Positions 46,626 through 61,022 of a stretch of 64,000 bases of DNA are shown one piece after another. Both the position numbers and the translations under genes were made by a program. This DNA is from Macrostomum hystrix (lineage: Eukaryota; Animalia; Platyhelminthes): assembly GCA_950097015.1 (NCBI GenBank), contig CATNEN010000005.1, positions 2,728,001-2,792,000 on the forward strand, given 5' to 3'. Numbering within the stretch: position 1 is the stretch's first letter; each line of letters starts with the position of its first letter. Under the pieces are notes generated by a model. That model saw only the letters and a list, made by a program, of their open reading frames with translations. It did no database searches and was not told where the DNA came from.

Positions 46626-49600
46626 TTAACTTTCCTCTTCGAAGCATTCGTTCAGCAAGAAATTAGCGGCCGCGTCTTCGTTTTTGTCGCAAGCGAAATA
46701 CGCTTCGATAACCATGTGCTCGGGAAAGCCGAGATCTTTTAGCCGGTCGATTGCCGCCCGCTCTTCGGGTGTCACCCGGAGCAGGTGCTGCCTGGGCGCC
46801 TGGCCGCCTCCGCCCGGCTGCTGCTGCTGCTGCTGCTGCTGACCGCCAGCCGATTCACCTTCGTCGGGCGATTCGTTTAGAAAACGAAGAAAATCCTCCT
46901 GATTGGCTTGGATCTCTTGCAGCAGTTGCGGATTGCTCTGCCCAATCTGTTGCAGCAGGCTTGGCAGCAGCGATTGATCCTGTCATGGGTGACGGGTTTG
47001 AGTAGGAGGATTCGCCTGTTGAGAATAGTAATTTTACTATTTATCTGAGCAACGCAAGCACACGAAACTCAAGAACACGGGCCAACTTTTTGTTGCGCAT
47101 CTTCTGAAACAAGAAACAAGTCGCCAGCTCTACAGACCATCGAGATATTCAATAGTTCTGGCCGAATGTCGGATTTTTTCCATAAGCGCTAGTGTATTTC
47201 ATACACTTCTATACACGAATTAGGCAAGGCCTTCAAATTTCATCATTATCGCCATGTCACCCGAATGTGCTTGCATCATCTCCGTCTTAGTCGGTCACCT
47301 ACCTTTATCTAGACGGACTGCTGGACCTTCAAGGGCTACAACAGGTGGAACTAGGCCACTATGGATACCCTGACGCGAATTTCTCCAATTTCTATGATCA
47401 AGCCTAAATATTAGGCGCAGCGCAACCACAGGACACCCTCGCCTTGTCTGTCAACCAATCAGCCACCATCAAGCGGCTGCTAGTATTCAGGCACTTTCCA
47501 AAATATTTTCAGGGCGGGGATCCCTCTTGGTATAAAAACGGGCGGCAAAATGGCTTGGTAGTCCTAATGTTAATGGATACAATTACAAATGAGTATATTA
47601 TCCACATCCACTAAATAAATGAGAATGCATACCCATGCCATACATAATATTTACTAATAAGGGTATTATCCTCCCCTGTCCATAAGCTGGAAATATCAAT
47701 TCTTCATTCGCCAACCCATCTTGAATAATGGCTCACCTGGGCAACAACCCGTCTTAGCATCTGAAACTGCGGCCATTGTCGCAGCTGATCAATAAAGCTG
47801 CCGCCGCCGCCGCCACCAACGCTGCCAACCTCACTTTCTCCTTCGTCGTCTTCATCTTCGCCGCCGCTACCGCCGCCACCGCCCGGAGCAACCGCGGGAA
47901 TGCTGCCAGACAGTAGATACTCGGCAGCCCGATCCGGATTATTAAAACTGGCAGCCATGGCGGCTACAACTCGATCGCGCGGGAAGCCCATGTTAACTAG
48001 GCCTGTGACAGCCTGTTCGTATTCCTCGCCGTGCAACAGGGTGTTCTCACGCTCTGGTGGTCTCGTGACGGACTAAGAAAGTAAGAATGCGATATAAGCA
48101 GATTTCTATTTTTATTACTTGAATATGTACTTTAGTGGCTTCAGTTTATTTGCTAAACTAGTAAGCTTTTCAGTCGGGGGTGAATGGCCGAGCGGTCTAA
48201 CGCGTTTGCCTCTCGCGTCAAGGTACCTGAGCTCGATTCCGTGGAGGCGATGTCACATTCAATTGAGGCGCAGACGCGGAGAGAAGGCTTGGGGGCTTGT
48301 CGTGCAATTTACGACCTTGGATAGCCAACCTACAAGGCACAGTGAGAGTGTACGCTGCCTGGCGATGAGAAAGTCAGGCCAGATGTACACAACTGTGAGC
48401 GTGTGCCTGCGTACAGTATTTGTGCGTGAGTGCTAAGAAATCAGCGGAATGGACAGAACCTAACCTCCACTCTGGCTGTAATTCTAGCCCTCCTGTCAAT
48501 ATTATCACTATTAAGCTGTTCATTACATGAAGCTCCAACCACCACCCCATTGCCCCTTGAGATGACGCATTAACAAGCATATATGTGCGTAGTCATTTTA
48601 CAGAATAATATTCATTACCAATCATCAAATTGAACAGTTTAAAGCAAAGCCAGTTCTCACAGTATTTGCAGCTGTGATTGGCGCAGCCGCAGTAGCTGTT
48701 GCAGTCGCTGCCGGTTTAGCCTGATCACCAACAGGCTCAGCCGGGGTGGCAGCAGCAGCTGGTGCAGCGGGGGTAGGGGCGGGCGCCGCCTTTGGCTTAG
48801 TTGCCATGACAACAATGAAGCCACTTTCTGTGACGCCGTATTTTTCTAGAGCATCCTCGTCGGACATGACTTTGCCAGAGTAGATAAGGCGCTGATGCTC
48901 GGCAGGAAATGCTTCACCTTGCGACTGGGCAATCGATTCCTTTAGAGTTTTCACCTGTTTTTGTATGTATTGTATTGTTGTATTGAATAATTGTATGATG
49001 TATGAACAGAAGTGATTTTACTATTAAAAAGCTTTATGATAATATATATAATATTTATTTTACTTTTTTCCTTCATAATTAGTATATTTCATGATCATTA
49101 TACTTGTAACTAGTACACTAGGGTCAGGGATCGCCAGACATTCAGGAGCACCTTCTGACATGTGACATATGCTGTAACAGCAGCCCTATTGATTGATATG
49201 CACACTTTCAATATTTAGAGGCTATGCACATCAAAGATTATAATCCTAGCCTCAACTGCCAACTAGCTATAGGGGGTGCCAGCGACCAACTAAGTGTGTT
49301 TTAGCTCTGTGTTCTATTTTCTTTACTGCCTAGACAATGAAAGTTAATTTCTTCATTTCCATCTTTATAATAATTAATTTTATCTATGCTGCAACCTTTA
49401 GGAATTAAGAATGATCTAATTATGCAATGATGATTGAATATTTGAATTTTTTAATACTTAATCATTCAACAACATTTGCATATTTTCTTATCACATGTTT
49501 AATAGCTAGGTTTTGTGTGCAATTCCTGTGTTTTGTGCACATAAAATTTTAAAATTGCACAATAAAAACTGACATAATATGCAATTTGACACATCTCAGT

Positions 49601-52600
49601 TTTAGTCAATTGATTGTCATGAAAAACAGCATTATTACACCCTTATGTTGCAGTCACTTTCCAAATTTACGAAGCACATTTTTCTGCTTAGTTAGAACCT
49701 TTTGTGCTCCTAAAGTTTTTTAAATTCAAGTTTATAATTCAACTTAAGTTTAAACATAAATTTTCTTGTTTTATGTAATTGAAAATTTTAAAAGGAATGT
49801 GTAGTTTAATAAAGCAGCAACCAGTAAGGTATATTTAGAATTTTATTAATTTAATTAATTAATTAATTAATTAATTAAATTATTATTAATCTGCAATTTT
49901 TTTGGTTTTTGATAGCCAATGCTTAATTTACCCTAACATATATGCCTAGAAATTTAGGACTGAATGGCTTAAGCAATTTTGCAGGCAGAATAGACATCCA
50001 TGTGTTTCCCCAAGAATAATTTTCTAGACATATGTTATCAAAGAGTTTTCTTAATATATTTTACTGATGTGTTTCTTGACATTTTTGTCAGAATGTTAAC
50101 TAGATGTTATTTTTCCTAATGTTACACAAAGTAAAATAAAATGTCAGAGCGACAAACTAGAACACAGAACAAAATGTACCATTCAGATAGTACTCCCTTA
50201 AAAAACATATGGGCAAGGTTCTAAATTTGTTGAGGAGAGAACATAATAAAATAATTTGTGATAAATAATATAGTGAAATGAAATATTATGTCTCAAAATT
50301 AATATTTATAATATCATCAAAAATCAATATAAGGTGGAGATTGTATGAATGTCATTAGTCAGTGCTTAGGACTTTACTGACTTTGTAAATAGTAACTATT
50401 TTTAGCTATTGTATAGTAGGACATGGAAAAGTTTACACCCATCCCTAATCTGTAAACTTGTTACTGATAGCTACTTTTTTTGCATATATGTATTTAATAT
50501 CAGAGAAACATATCAAGCAAAACTGATTTATAAAAGTTATAAAGTTACAAAAGTTGATTTATAAAAATTTTGACATAAGTATTTGCTGCATGATCGAAAT
50601 TTAGAAAATTCTACTTTACATACAACTTAAAAATTTTACTGAAACTAAATTGATACTAAAATAAACAAATTAAAAATTAAGAAAGAGGATATAAAAATCA
50701 ATATTAACAATTATTTTTTAGTATAAGACAGTTTTTTACTTTGCAAATTTTTTGTTTGAAATTTTCTTTTTCTTTTTTTCAATCATTGTTTATAGTATTT
50801 TACATAGAATTTTATGTAGAATATGATATACTCAAACCTTTTTATTTTCCTTTAGCGGAATCTCCCAGAAACATGTTTCTCTAATGTACCCCCTTTATGC
50901 ATTTCAGATGGCTTTTGCAATTGACTGTAAACAGTAAATTGATGTCTATGCAATGTCTATTTGTTAAGCTATGGAATAGGTATGCCTTTGCCACTTCTTT
51001 TAAGTCAAAAGAGTTTTATATTGTAAACAAATAAACACATCTTGTCAGCAAAGTAATCCTATTCAATGAAAAATCCTAATTCAATACTTTAATACAGAGT
51101 GTTAATAGAAGATATATAAAGTCCATAGTGTAGATAACGAACAAATGAACGATATGCTTTTGGAATTTTTAAATAGTTAAAAAAATGTTATTGCAATTTT
51201 TTTGTTTTCCAAGTCATCTATCCGGTCATCTGGATCATAGCCCCTTATGGGGAAAATACATTACAAAAACAACTAAAAAGTTGATAAAAATTTGTCATAA
51301 CTTTTTTATTACTTGACCAATTTTGATGAGTGAGGTGTCTTTTAACTCAGACAAGCAAGATCTGTAACACAAGAAAACTAAAAAATATGAAATTTTTATT
51401 TTTAATATCTCACTGGAGCTCCTAGATAACAGATGAGATTACAGATTAGATTATCAATTAAAATGGAGTGTCTTAATATATGATTAGTTAATCGAAATTA
51501 TTTATACTCATTACTTTTTTGCTATGTTGCAGTTAATTCGATGTTTATATAGCCAATTACAGTAAAAGAGAAAGTCAAAATGGCATAATAGTATGGCAGT
51601 GCTTATCCCCATGGTACCGCAGAAATAATTTTTGTCTTATTCCTACGGTATAGTGGGAATAATTTCCTGCTTATCCGCACGGCACACTGACGAGATAGCT
51701 GCCCTATCATCTATCTTTTTATCATAACTGCAATTTTCCTTTTTTCTTCCGGTTTTTTAAAGCAAGTATACAAATTAAAGTTTTCAGCTTTTTTCGCAAG
51801 TAGTTAGGGTAATGTATCATCAACCAAACAAGAAAGTGTATTTTTTTAACTTCAAACCTAAGCTACAGATTTTCTATTTAAGATATGATGATAAATCAAA
51901 AGCCAAGTTATAGAAAACAGTTACATCTTTCTAAAATCTGCTTTTGCTATTTTGTCAAATAGAAAAAAAGTTATACCTGCTTTTTATCTAAAAGCGAACA
52001 ATGATTTTCATGTATCTTCAAACCAAACAGAGAATTTGATGTTTGGTTGTACAATTTGAGTGAGTGGTTTAATCTTATTTTAAGGAGTGAACTATCATGA
52101 ATTATGTCATTTGAAAGCATTTTTCATGCTCTATAAATAACTACATTTATGGTCATTTAATTGGCAAGCAACCACATACAATCTTCGTCTAAAGTACATA
52201 CTGAAAAAATGTTGTTAAAAAGTATGCTTTTGCAATAAAAATTTCTACTGAAACATCAATATCTTTCTTTTCTCTTAATGCTTCATTGCACATCATGCCT
52301 CAGCTTGTAGATAATTTCTTCAACTTTCAAATTAGTTGTTCTGTGAAACATAATAGCTTGTTTCTATCTTGCACAAGACCAAGGAAGGAGTCAAAATTCT
52401 TGTTCGGTTTTGAAGATACATTGTTCGGTTGATGATACATTACCCTACCCAATACGTGCCTTTTTGAGTATATAAAATATATACATAAATATATATATAT
52501 CTTGTCAATCGTCAATGTGCTGTGCGGATAAGCAGGAAATTATTCCCACGGAATATGTTGAAGATAGGACAGCTATCTCGTCAGTGTGCCGTGTGGATAA

Positions 52601-52964
52601 GCAGGAAATTATTCCCACAGAATATGTTGAAGATAGGACAGCTATCTCGTCAGTGTGCCGTGCAGATAAGCAGGAAATTATTCCCACGGAATATGTTGAA
52701 GATAGGACAGCTATCTCGTCAGTGTGCCATGCAGATAAGCAGGAAATTATTCCCACGGTACCGTAGGAATAAGACAAAAATTATTTCTACGGTACCGTGG
52801 GGATAAGCACTGCCTAATAGTATATACTCATATGTGGTGTTAGGCCTATTCACTAGGGCCTATTGCATATTAAATAAAAGCAAATAGCATAGACTTACAG
52901 TGTCGCTACCAGTAGCTTCAACAGTAAACTTCTGTCCAGCTAAAGTTCTGCATGTAATCAACAT
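46626..52964 (-). CDS. RAD23: UV excision repair protein RAD23 (UbL-UBA-XPCB-UBA), 4 coding exons
   Basis: Exons 52964-52899 ([22 protein letters not shown]), 48954-48661 ([10 protein letters not shown]), 48072-47737 (MGFPRD...[11 protein letters not shown]) and 46979-46626 (NPQLLQEI...[26 protein letters not shown]); all phase 0, GT-AG. Confidence 0.97.
47050..47569. mobile_element. Second, left-truncated copy of the TTAA-flanked element (RAD23 intron 3)
   Basis: Collinear with 38690-39220; right end CTTGGTAGTCCTAATG|TTAA; left TIR not found. Confidence 0.8.
48176..48430 (+). mobile_element. Possible second tRNA-derived SINE family (RAD23 intron 2)
   Basis: A-box-like TGGCCGAGCGG (48185) and B-box-like GCTCGATTCC (~48231). 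GGCACAGTGAGAGTGT also occurs at ~63585. Confidence 0.4.
51595..52814. mobile_element. Mutator-like (MULE) MITE, 1220 bp, RAD23 intron 1
   Basis: Long (~115 bp) TIRs starting GGCAGTGCTTATCCCC / GGGGATAAGCACTGCC; exact 9-bp TSD TAATAGTAT; the inner part of the right TIR is tandemly repeated as a 75-bp unit (52515-52760). Confidence 0.92.
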
Positions 52965-53399
52965 TTTCGGCTTTTATAAACTTTTAAGCAGCTATATTAG
53001 TGCCTAGTGTGCACTGTGCGGGTAATAGGTACGCAAACGAGTTATTTAACTAATCAGTAAAATAACAGTGAATATTTTTGTCAAGTTTTATCTTTAAAGT
53101 CGTCGCACTGAAATTTATATCGATAGAGCAGAACAGTGGTAATAGCTGCAACACTTGAATTAAATGTATTGAAAAAATTCTGTTGAATCACACACTTAAT
53201 TTCAATTTTCTGTAATAGAAAGTGTTTGAAAAAACGCTACTTTTCGTCCTGTTTTAACAACTTGTTTTATATGCTCGTTACTTAAACGGATTTATTATTA
53301 TCAGATTTTTCACAACCGAATAATTAGTTTTTCTATCTTTTGATATTACCATTTGCAAAGCGATTTGGTTTTTACTTATAGTTAAAATGAAATTGTACA

Positions 53400-53500
53400 C
53401 ACGTTTCGAGATCGAAGTTTTCCGCGAAACATGTCATCCCGCTACTTGTGTTGCGCCATCGAAATGAACCTCGGCCAATTGGATTCGTACATTTAGAATT
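53400..53500. promoter_or_regulatory. Candidate CpG-richer promoter between divergent RAD23 and LC3, with E2F-like and CCAAT elements
   Basis: TTTTCCGCGAAA (53418-53429) and CCAATTGG (53475-53482) in a small CG-rich patch within AT-rich DNA. Confidence 0.3.
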
Positions 53501-55469
53501 TCTTTTGCTATTTTCGTACTAACTATAATATGACTATGATATACGAGTTATTGCAGTTATTAGGACATTTTACAATTTTTTCCTTATATGTATTTTATTT
53601 TCATTCGATGTTTATATCCAATCCACGCAGGATTTTATTTGTCTGTAGTTTAAAGGAAACTAGGCTTCTATCCTATATGGTCTGGATCATGCTTGGTCCA
53701 CGCCAACGCAACAAAATCAGATGGCAAGATTGGCTCAAGTTTTTTGCATGCTTTGAAAATTAAAAAGAATATAAGTGTATTGCATGTCTGATTAATATCT
53801 AGCTGTGTTTGTATACACCACTAAAGACAGCATAGGCACATTGATATATTATCTTTGGAATTATCATTATTATTAACATTTTATCATTGGACTATTAGCT
53901 ACTTTAAGAAATCCTTTCTAAATCGAAAGGGACTATAAAGTAGTATTAGTAATTATAAAATTCATGTTAATTTTTATAAATATTATAAACAATTTAAAAG
54001 AAACAAGGCTCCTACCCATAGGGTCTAGATCATGCTAGGTCCATGCAAATGCTAAAAAATAATAATAACAGTTTTTAATTGTTTTTTAATCAAACAATAA
54101 GCCACTTATATGCTTAGTATTATAGTTCAATATTTGTAATATTTTTATTGCAAATAGACAGGATTTTGACTTGCTCTTCTTTAATATAAATTCTTTAAAT
54201 TATACAATTTGAATGTTCAGAATGTAAGTTTTAAAGAAATAATTAAACTCAAATCATACAATCTAGGAAGTAAGTACAGTAAATTGGGTGAGCTAATTTT
54301 TTGGCTTTGTACAAAAAGAAATATGCAATCCAGATGCACTAGAGAGCATAATGTTGGTTCATAAGGAGTGTTAAGTTTTTATTTGTCATATTGTCTTATC
54401 ATTAGCAACCTTTATTTATCTGCAGTCTAAAATAAATCTCTAAGATCTGTCTGTTTGACTGGAACTTCAGTCTACAGCCTGTTGGAACTTGGCATGAAGC
54501 ATTTTTTCATATTTTCATTTTTAATGCATCATTTTACTCAATTTAAAAATAGTGTGGGATGTATTTGCTTTAAAAAATTCTAATGAGAAGATTATTTTTA
54601 AAAAAGTTTTTTTTGGTAATTTTTAAACATCAACTCTTTTATCTCTAGAAGAGAGCTCAATACTCTTATTTTTATTTGATTATATCAGTGATTATCTCAC
54701 TCACCAATGTGTTAACTAGTTAGTAAGGGGCAACAGAGTTTTTTCTTTCACATACTTTCCTTACATAGTCCAGCTGGCTGTGGGATTTGACTTGATTAGT
54801 TAATTAAAACATACTTGGCTTTGTTTAAAAGTGATAAAAGAGTGAAAAGAAATTACATATGTCAATGCAACTTAAATTTTTACTCTCTAGTAGATAAATA
54901 GTAATTTCAAAATTGTGTTGTGCGAACTCAGTTTTGTCAACTCTCTTTTTGATTGATAGATTAGCTAAAGTTATGTTATGTACTAAAGTGTGACCCAATA
55001 ATGTTTTGGTTAATGAAACCACTTTTCTCACAACTTTTACTACACAAAAACTATAAAATGTGGTTTCTAAACATTGACAATAGGGTTAGATAATTGCCAA
55101 AAGCCTTCTCAAGTGCTATAACAACAATTTGTGAGTTATATTTAGTCAAGTATAGAACAAACCTTATAAGTTATTTTAGAATAATATATTTAACATTTAT
55201 TTCATACTTTGAACTAATTTATTTGCAATATCTGTACTTTTGATACTATTTTATTGGTGTTAATTGTATCATACACAACATTGTTTCAGTTACTTAACAA
55301 ATGCAGCATTAATCTCCTTGGTAATTAAAGCCTACATAGTACAAGACTATCATCAGGTGAATCTAAAGAAGAGGCTAAATCAAAGTGAAGATTTCAAAAG
55401 AAAATTAACAATAAATCAGTAGCAGTAGTTAAAGGAAATTAAAACATTTTTTCTGACTACTAATCCCAA

Positions 55470-56919
<1,450 letters not shown>

Positions 56920-57070
56920 TGACGCGCGTGTTTTTTGACTAGATCGTTTTATGAGAAGTCTAGTATTTTAAATTTGCCTGTTTTACGCGTTTATATTGAT
57001 GCCTGTAACTAGATTGTCTTATTTTTTGTTTTTTGCATGTCTTTTTGTGTGGTTCGAGTCTGTTCTGTTC

Positions 57071-57585
57071 AGAAATCCTACATGTTAGACAACAATCCTA
57101 CCTGTTAGACAGCAATCCTACCTGTTAGGCAGCAATCCTACCTGTTAGACAGCAATCCTACCTGTTAGACAGCAATCCTACCTGTTAGGCAGCAATCCTA
57201 CCTGTTAGACAGCAATCCTACCTGTTAGACAGCAATCCTACCTGTTAGACAGCAATCCTACCTGTTAGACAGCAATTCTACCTGTTAGACAGCAATCCTA
57301 CCTGTTAGGCAGCAATCCTACGTGTTAGACAGCAATCCTACCTGTTAGACAGAAATCCTACCTGTTAGACAGCAATCCTACCTGTTAGACAGCAATCCTA
57401 CCTGTTAGACAGCAATCCTACCTGTTAGACAGCAATCCTACCTGTTAGACAGCAATCCTACCTGTTAGACAGCAATCCTACCTGTTAGACAGAAATCCTA
57501 CCTGTTAGACAGAAATCCTACCTGTTAGACAGCAATCCTACCTGTTAGACAGAAATCCTACCTGTTAGACAGCAATCCTACATAT
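57071..57585. repeat. 20-bp minisatellite (~25 copies)
   Basis: Unit AGCAATCCTACCTGTTAGAC. Confidence 0.97.
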
Positions 57586-58239
57586 TACGCTATGAAATCC
57601 TATCTTTTGAGGCTAGGATATACTAAAAGCAGATTTGGAAATTCATAGTTAAAGTGCATGTAATAGTCAGGTTTTTAGCCAGGTTATAAAGGCTTGTGTT
57701 CCATTTTAAGAGAAACAATATATGTGTGTCCATGTGTTTTTTGTGCAGTATCGTTCTTTGTGTAAATAAATTCAGTATGGTCTTGGAAAAAAATGGTTTA
57801 CATGGTAATTTAGTGTACTATGTAGTATTAAACTTTTTGAGTTACACACGGTCCATATCAGAAAGGTAAAATACTAATCCCAATTGGTGTATATATATTT
57901 AATTTCACATTCCAATCAATATTATTTGACAAGTGAACTTATCCCACGCAACTGCACCTGCCCACAAACTGATTTACAATTCTTGTCTTCAGAATTTTAT
58001 TTAATAAGTTGTCTTCCACTTTTATATTTTATTTTAGAAAGAAGATAGCGATATTTCTTTGACTGATAATGTTTGCGCAAAGAAATAATGCTTCCTAAAT
58101 TTTCGACTGCTTTGCTACTCCGGTTCATATTTTTTGTCATTTGTTTATGTGTGTGTTTGTGTGCGTGTGTTATCATTTGTGCAGGTGCAATCGTGCAATG
58201 ATTTTCCTACCAAATATATTTATTATTCTTTCTTAAAGA

Positions 58240-58450
58240 CTTTAGGAAACGCATCGTTTCTGATTAAAATTTCCGATAAATTCAAAGAATCTTTCCAACA
58301 CTTTCCAAGAAACCTATGGTTTCTTTGAAAAGTTACGAGAAATTCTAAGAATCTTTCCAACACTTTCCGAGAAACCTAAGGTTTCTTTGAAAATTTACGA
58401 GAAATTCTAAGAATCTTTCCAGCAGATTCCAAGAAACCCATCGTTTCTAA
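58240..58450. repeat. 62-bp tandem repeat (~3.5 units) with four GAAAC(C/G)-N3-(G/C)GTTTC palindromes
   Basis: Palindromes at 58246, 58309, 58371 and 58433; GAATCTTTCC recurs at 58287, 58349 and 58411. Confidence 0.85.
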
Positions 58451-59046
58451 GAAACTTATTCAATTCTTTAAATAATTTTAGCGTCTAGTCTAAGAATAGT
58501 GGCGTTGTTTCTAAGAATGTTAATCATCGATTTATCGTTACTCAAAAGTGTACTCATCTAGCTAGATTGCGATTTGCATGTGTAGTCAAATTTTAATGTT
58601 TGTATTGTGGTAAAAATTGTTCTTTAACTTCCCGAGGAACTTTGCATCACATGTTGGACAGTTTCATGTGTCTTATTTCTCTTTTCTTTAGATTTTTTGT
58701 TGTGCATTGCATGTCAGCGATTTTCGCAGTCGAGTTTTTAATTTATAACATCTCTTTTTTATTTATCATTATGATAATCTCAAGCTTTTGGTTGTCGGGG
58801 CGCGAATAGACACTTATATCGCAACTATTTTCTGCTGCGTTTCTAACTTTTAATTGTCAGTGTCAAGTGTTAATTGTTCCGTCAGTGATATTAGTTTCAT
58901 AATTAGTTAAACAGCTGTGATTCTGTAAGCTTGTGCTATTTTTGTAGCTTATCATTTTTTTGCTAAATTACCGACGAACGAACTTTGTTTTTTAATAAAG
59001 TGCCACAATATTATGGCACTTTTAAAGTAGGTAAAGTACGACCTTG

Positions 59047-59380
59047 GATAGGGTGTGCTAATGTAGGATAGGGTGTGCTAATGTAGGATAGGGTGTGCTA
59101 ATGTAGGATAGGGTGTGCTAATGTAGGATAGGGTGTGCTAATGTAGGATAGGGTGTGCTAATGTAGGATAGGGTGTGCTAATGTAGGATAGGGTGTGCTA
59201 ATGTAGGATAGGGTGTGCTAATGTAGGATAGGGTGTGCTAATGTAGGATAGGGTGTGGTAATGTAGGATAGGGTGTGGTAGTGTAGGATAGGGTGTGGTA
59301 ATGTAGGATAGGGTGTGGTAATGTAGGATAGGGTGTGGTAATGTAGGATAGGGTGTGCTAATGTAGGATAGGGTGTGCTA
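59047..59380. repeat. 20-bp minisatellite (~16 copies)
   Basis: Unit GATAGGGTGTG(C/G)TAATGTAG. Confidence 0.97.
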
Positions 59381-59614
59381 AAAATATTAATTTGCTTTAT
59401 ATTCAGTGAGAATTTTATTATCCCTGTTGTACTGGTGTACGAGTTCTGATACTTGATTAATTAAATATAAGAGGCATGAAATCAACCACTGTGCCCTTTC
59501 GTGTAAAGTGACTCTGTTGCTAAGGGCGCTAATGACCACTGATTTCGAAATCTTGTTTTTTTACCAGCTTTTTTAATTTAGTGCTTTTGCTTACTCAGAA
59601 TCAGACTTACGGGC

Positions 59615-60400
59615 TCCTCTCTCCCTTGTCTCCTCTCTCCTCTCCCTTGTCTCTTCTCTCCTCTCCCTTGTCTCTTCTCCCCTCTCCCTTGTCTCTTCTC
59701 TCCTCTCCCTTGTCTCTTCTCCCCTCTCCCTTGTCTCTTCTCTCCTCTCCCTTGTCTCTTCTCTCCTCTCCCTTGTCTCTTCTCTCCTCTCGCTTGTCTC
59801 TTCTCTCCTCTCCCTTGTCTCTTCTCTCCTCTCCCTTGTCTCTTCTCTCCCCTCTCCCTTGTCTCTTCTCTCCCCTCTCCCTTGTCTCTTCTCTCCCCTC
59901 TCCCTTGTCTCTTCTCTCCCCTCTCCCTTGTCTCTTCTCTCCTCTCCCTTGTCTCTTCTCTCCCCTCTCCCTTGTCTCTTCTCTCCCCTCTCCCTTGTCT
60001 CTTCTCTCCCCTCTCCCTTGTCTCTTCTCTCCCCTCTCCCTTGTCTCTTCTCTCCCCTCTCCCTTGTCTCTTCTCTCCCCTCTCCCTTGTCTCTTCTCTC
60101 CCCTCTCCCTTGTCTCTTCTCTCCCCTCTCCCTTGTCTCTTCTCTCCCCTCTCCCTTGTCTCTTCTCTCCCCTCTCCCTTGTCTCTTCTCTCCCCTCTCC
60201 CTTGTCTCTTCTCTCCTCTCCCTTGTCTCTTCTCTCCCCTCTCCCTTGTCTCTTCTCTCCTCTCCCTTGTCTCTTCTCTCCCCTCTCCCTTGTCTCTTCT
60301 CTCCTCTCCCTTGTCTCTTCTCTCCCCTCTCCCTTGTCTCTTCTCTCCTCTCCCTTGTCTCTTCTCTCCCCTCTCCCTTGTCTCTTCTCTCCCCTCCCTT
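59615..60400. repeat. Pyrimidine-rich (CT) 21-22-bp minisatellite
   Basis: Unit CTCTCCCTTGTCTCTTCTCTC(C); almost purine-free strand. Confidence 0.97.
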
Positions 60401-61022
60401 CTCTCGCTTCAAAGTATATGAAACGCATTCTAATTGCTATTGGTTTGATAGCTATTATAGGCAATCTATCAGCATGTCTGTCTGGTATTTATAATGGAGG
60501 GCTGCATTCCTAGCATTTTGATTTGGTGTGTGTGTGTGTGTGGGTGGCAGTGCCATATCGATAGTATTGCATATTTCTTTCCTATTTTGTTTCCAGAAAT
60601 TTCCTATGGCTATATGCGTGGTTAAAAGTTGTGCTAGCCTCTCATATCTCTGTATACGTGTTTGCTCTATTAGGCTTTCCTATATGCGTGCAACAGTATA
60701 AAACCGCCGTGTACTCTATTATTTTCGGTGCATTTTTGTGTTTTATAAAAATCGATTTTTTATAAGAACTCTTTCCCCCCTCTCTCTCTCTCTCTTATCC
60801 CATTTTTATGTTCGCGAGAGTTAGTGAGTGTACTAGCATTTATGAATGATTTCAACCCATACTTCCTTCCCTAAGGAGTTATTATAGACTTGCGTGTCTC
60901 GAGTTTTTTAAGCTTATTATTGTCATAGTTTACTTTGCATTATGTAAAGTTTTCGCTAAAATGTGTCATCTATTTTATATCTATTAGGCAGATTAGATTT
61001 GATTTAATTCAACGTCTTACAA

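Noticed and set aside
52505-52806. Three overlapping repeat-containing ORFs
   Set aside because: They derive from the 75-bp TIR amplification of the MULE MITE.
59047-59380. Telomere-like repeat
   Set aside because: The unit is 20 bp with ATAGGG, not tandem TTAGGG.
59581-60513. Long Leu/Ser/Pro and Arg/Glu ORFs
   Set aside because: Translations of a CT-rich minisatellite.
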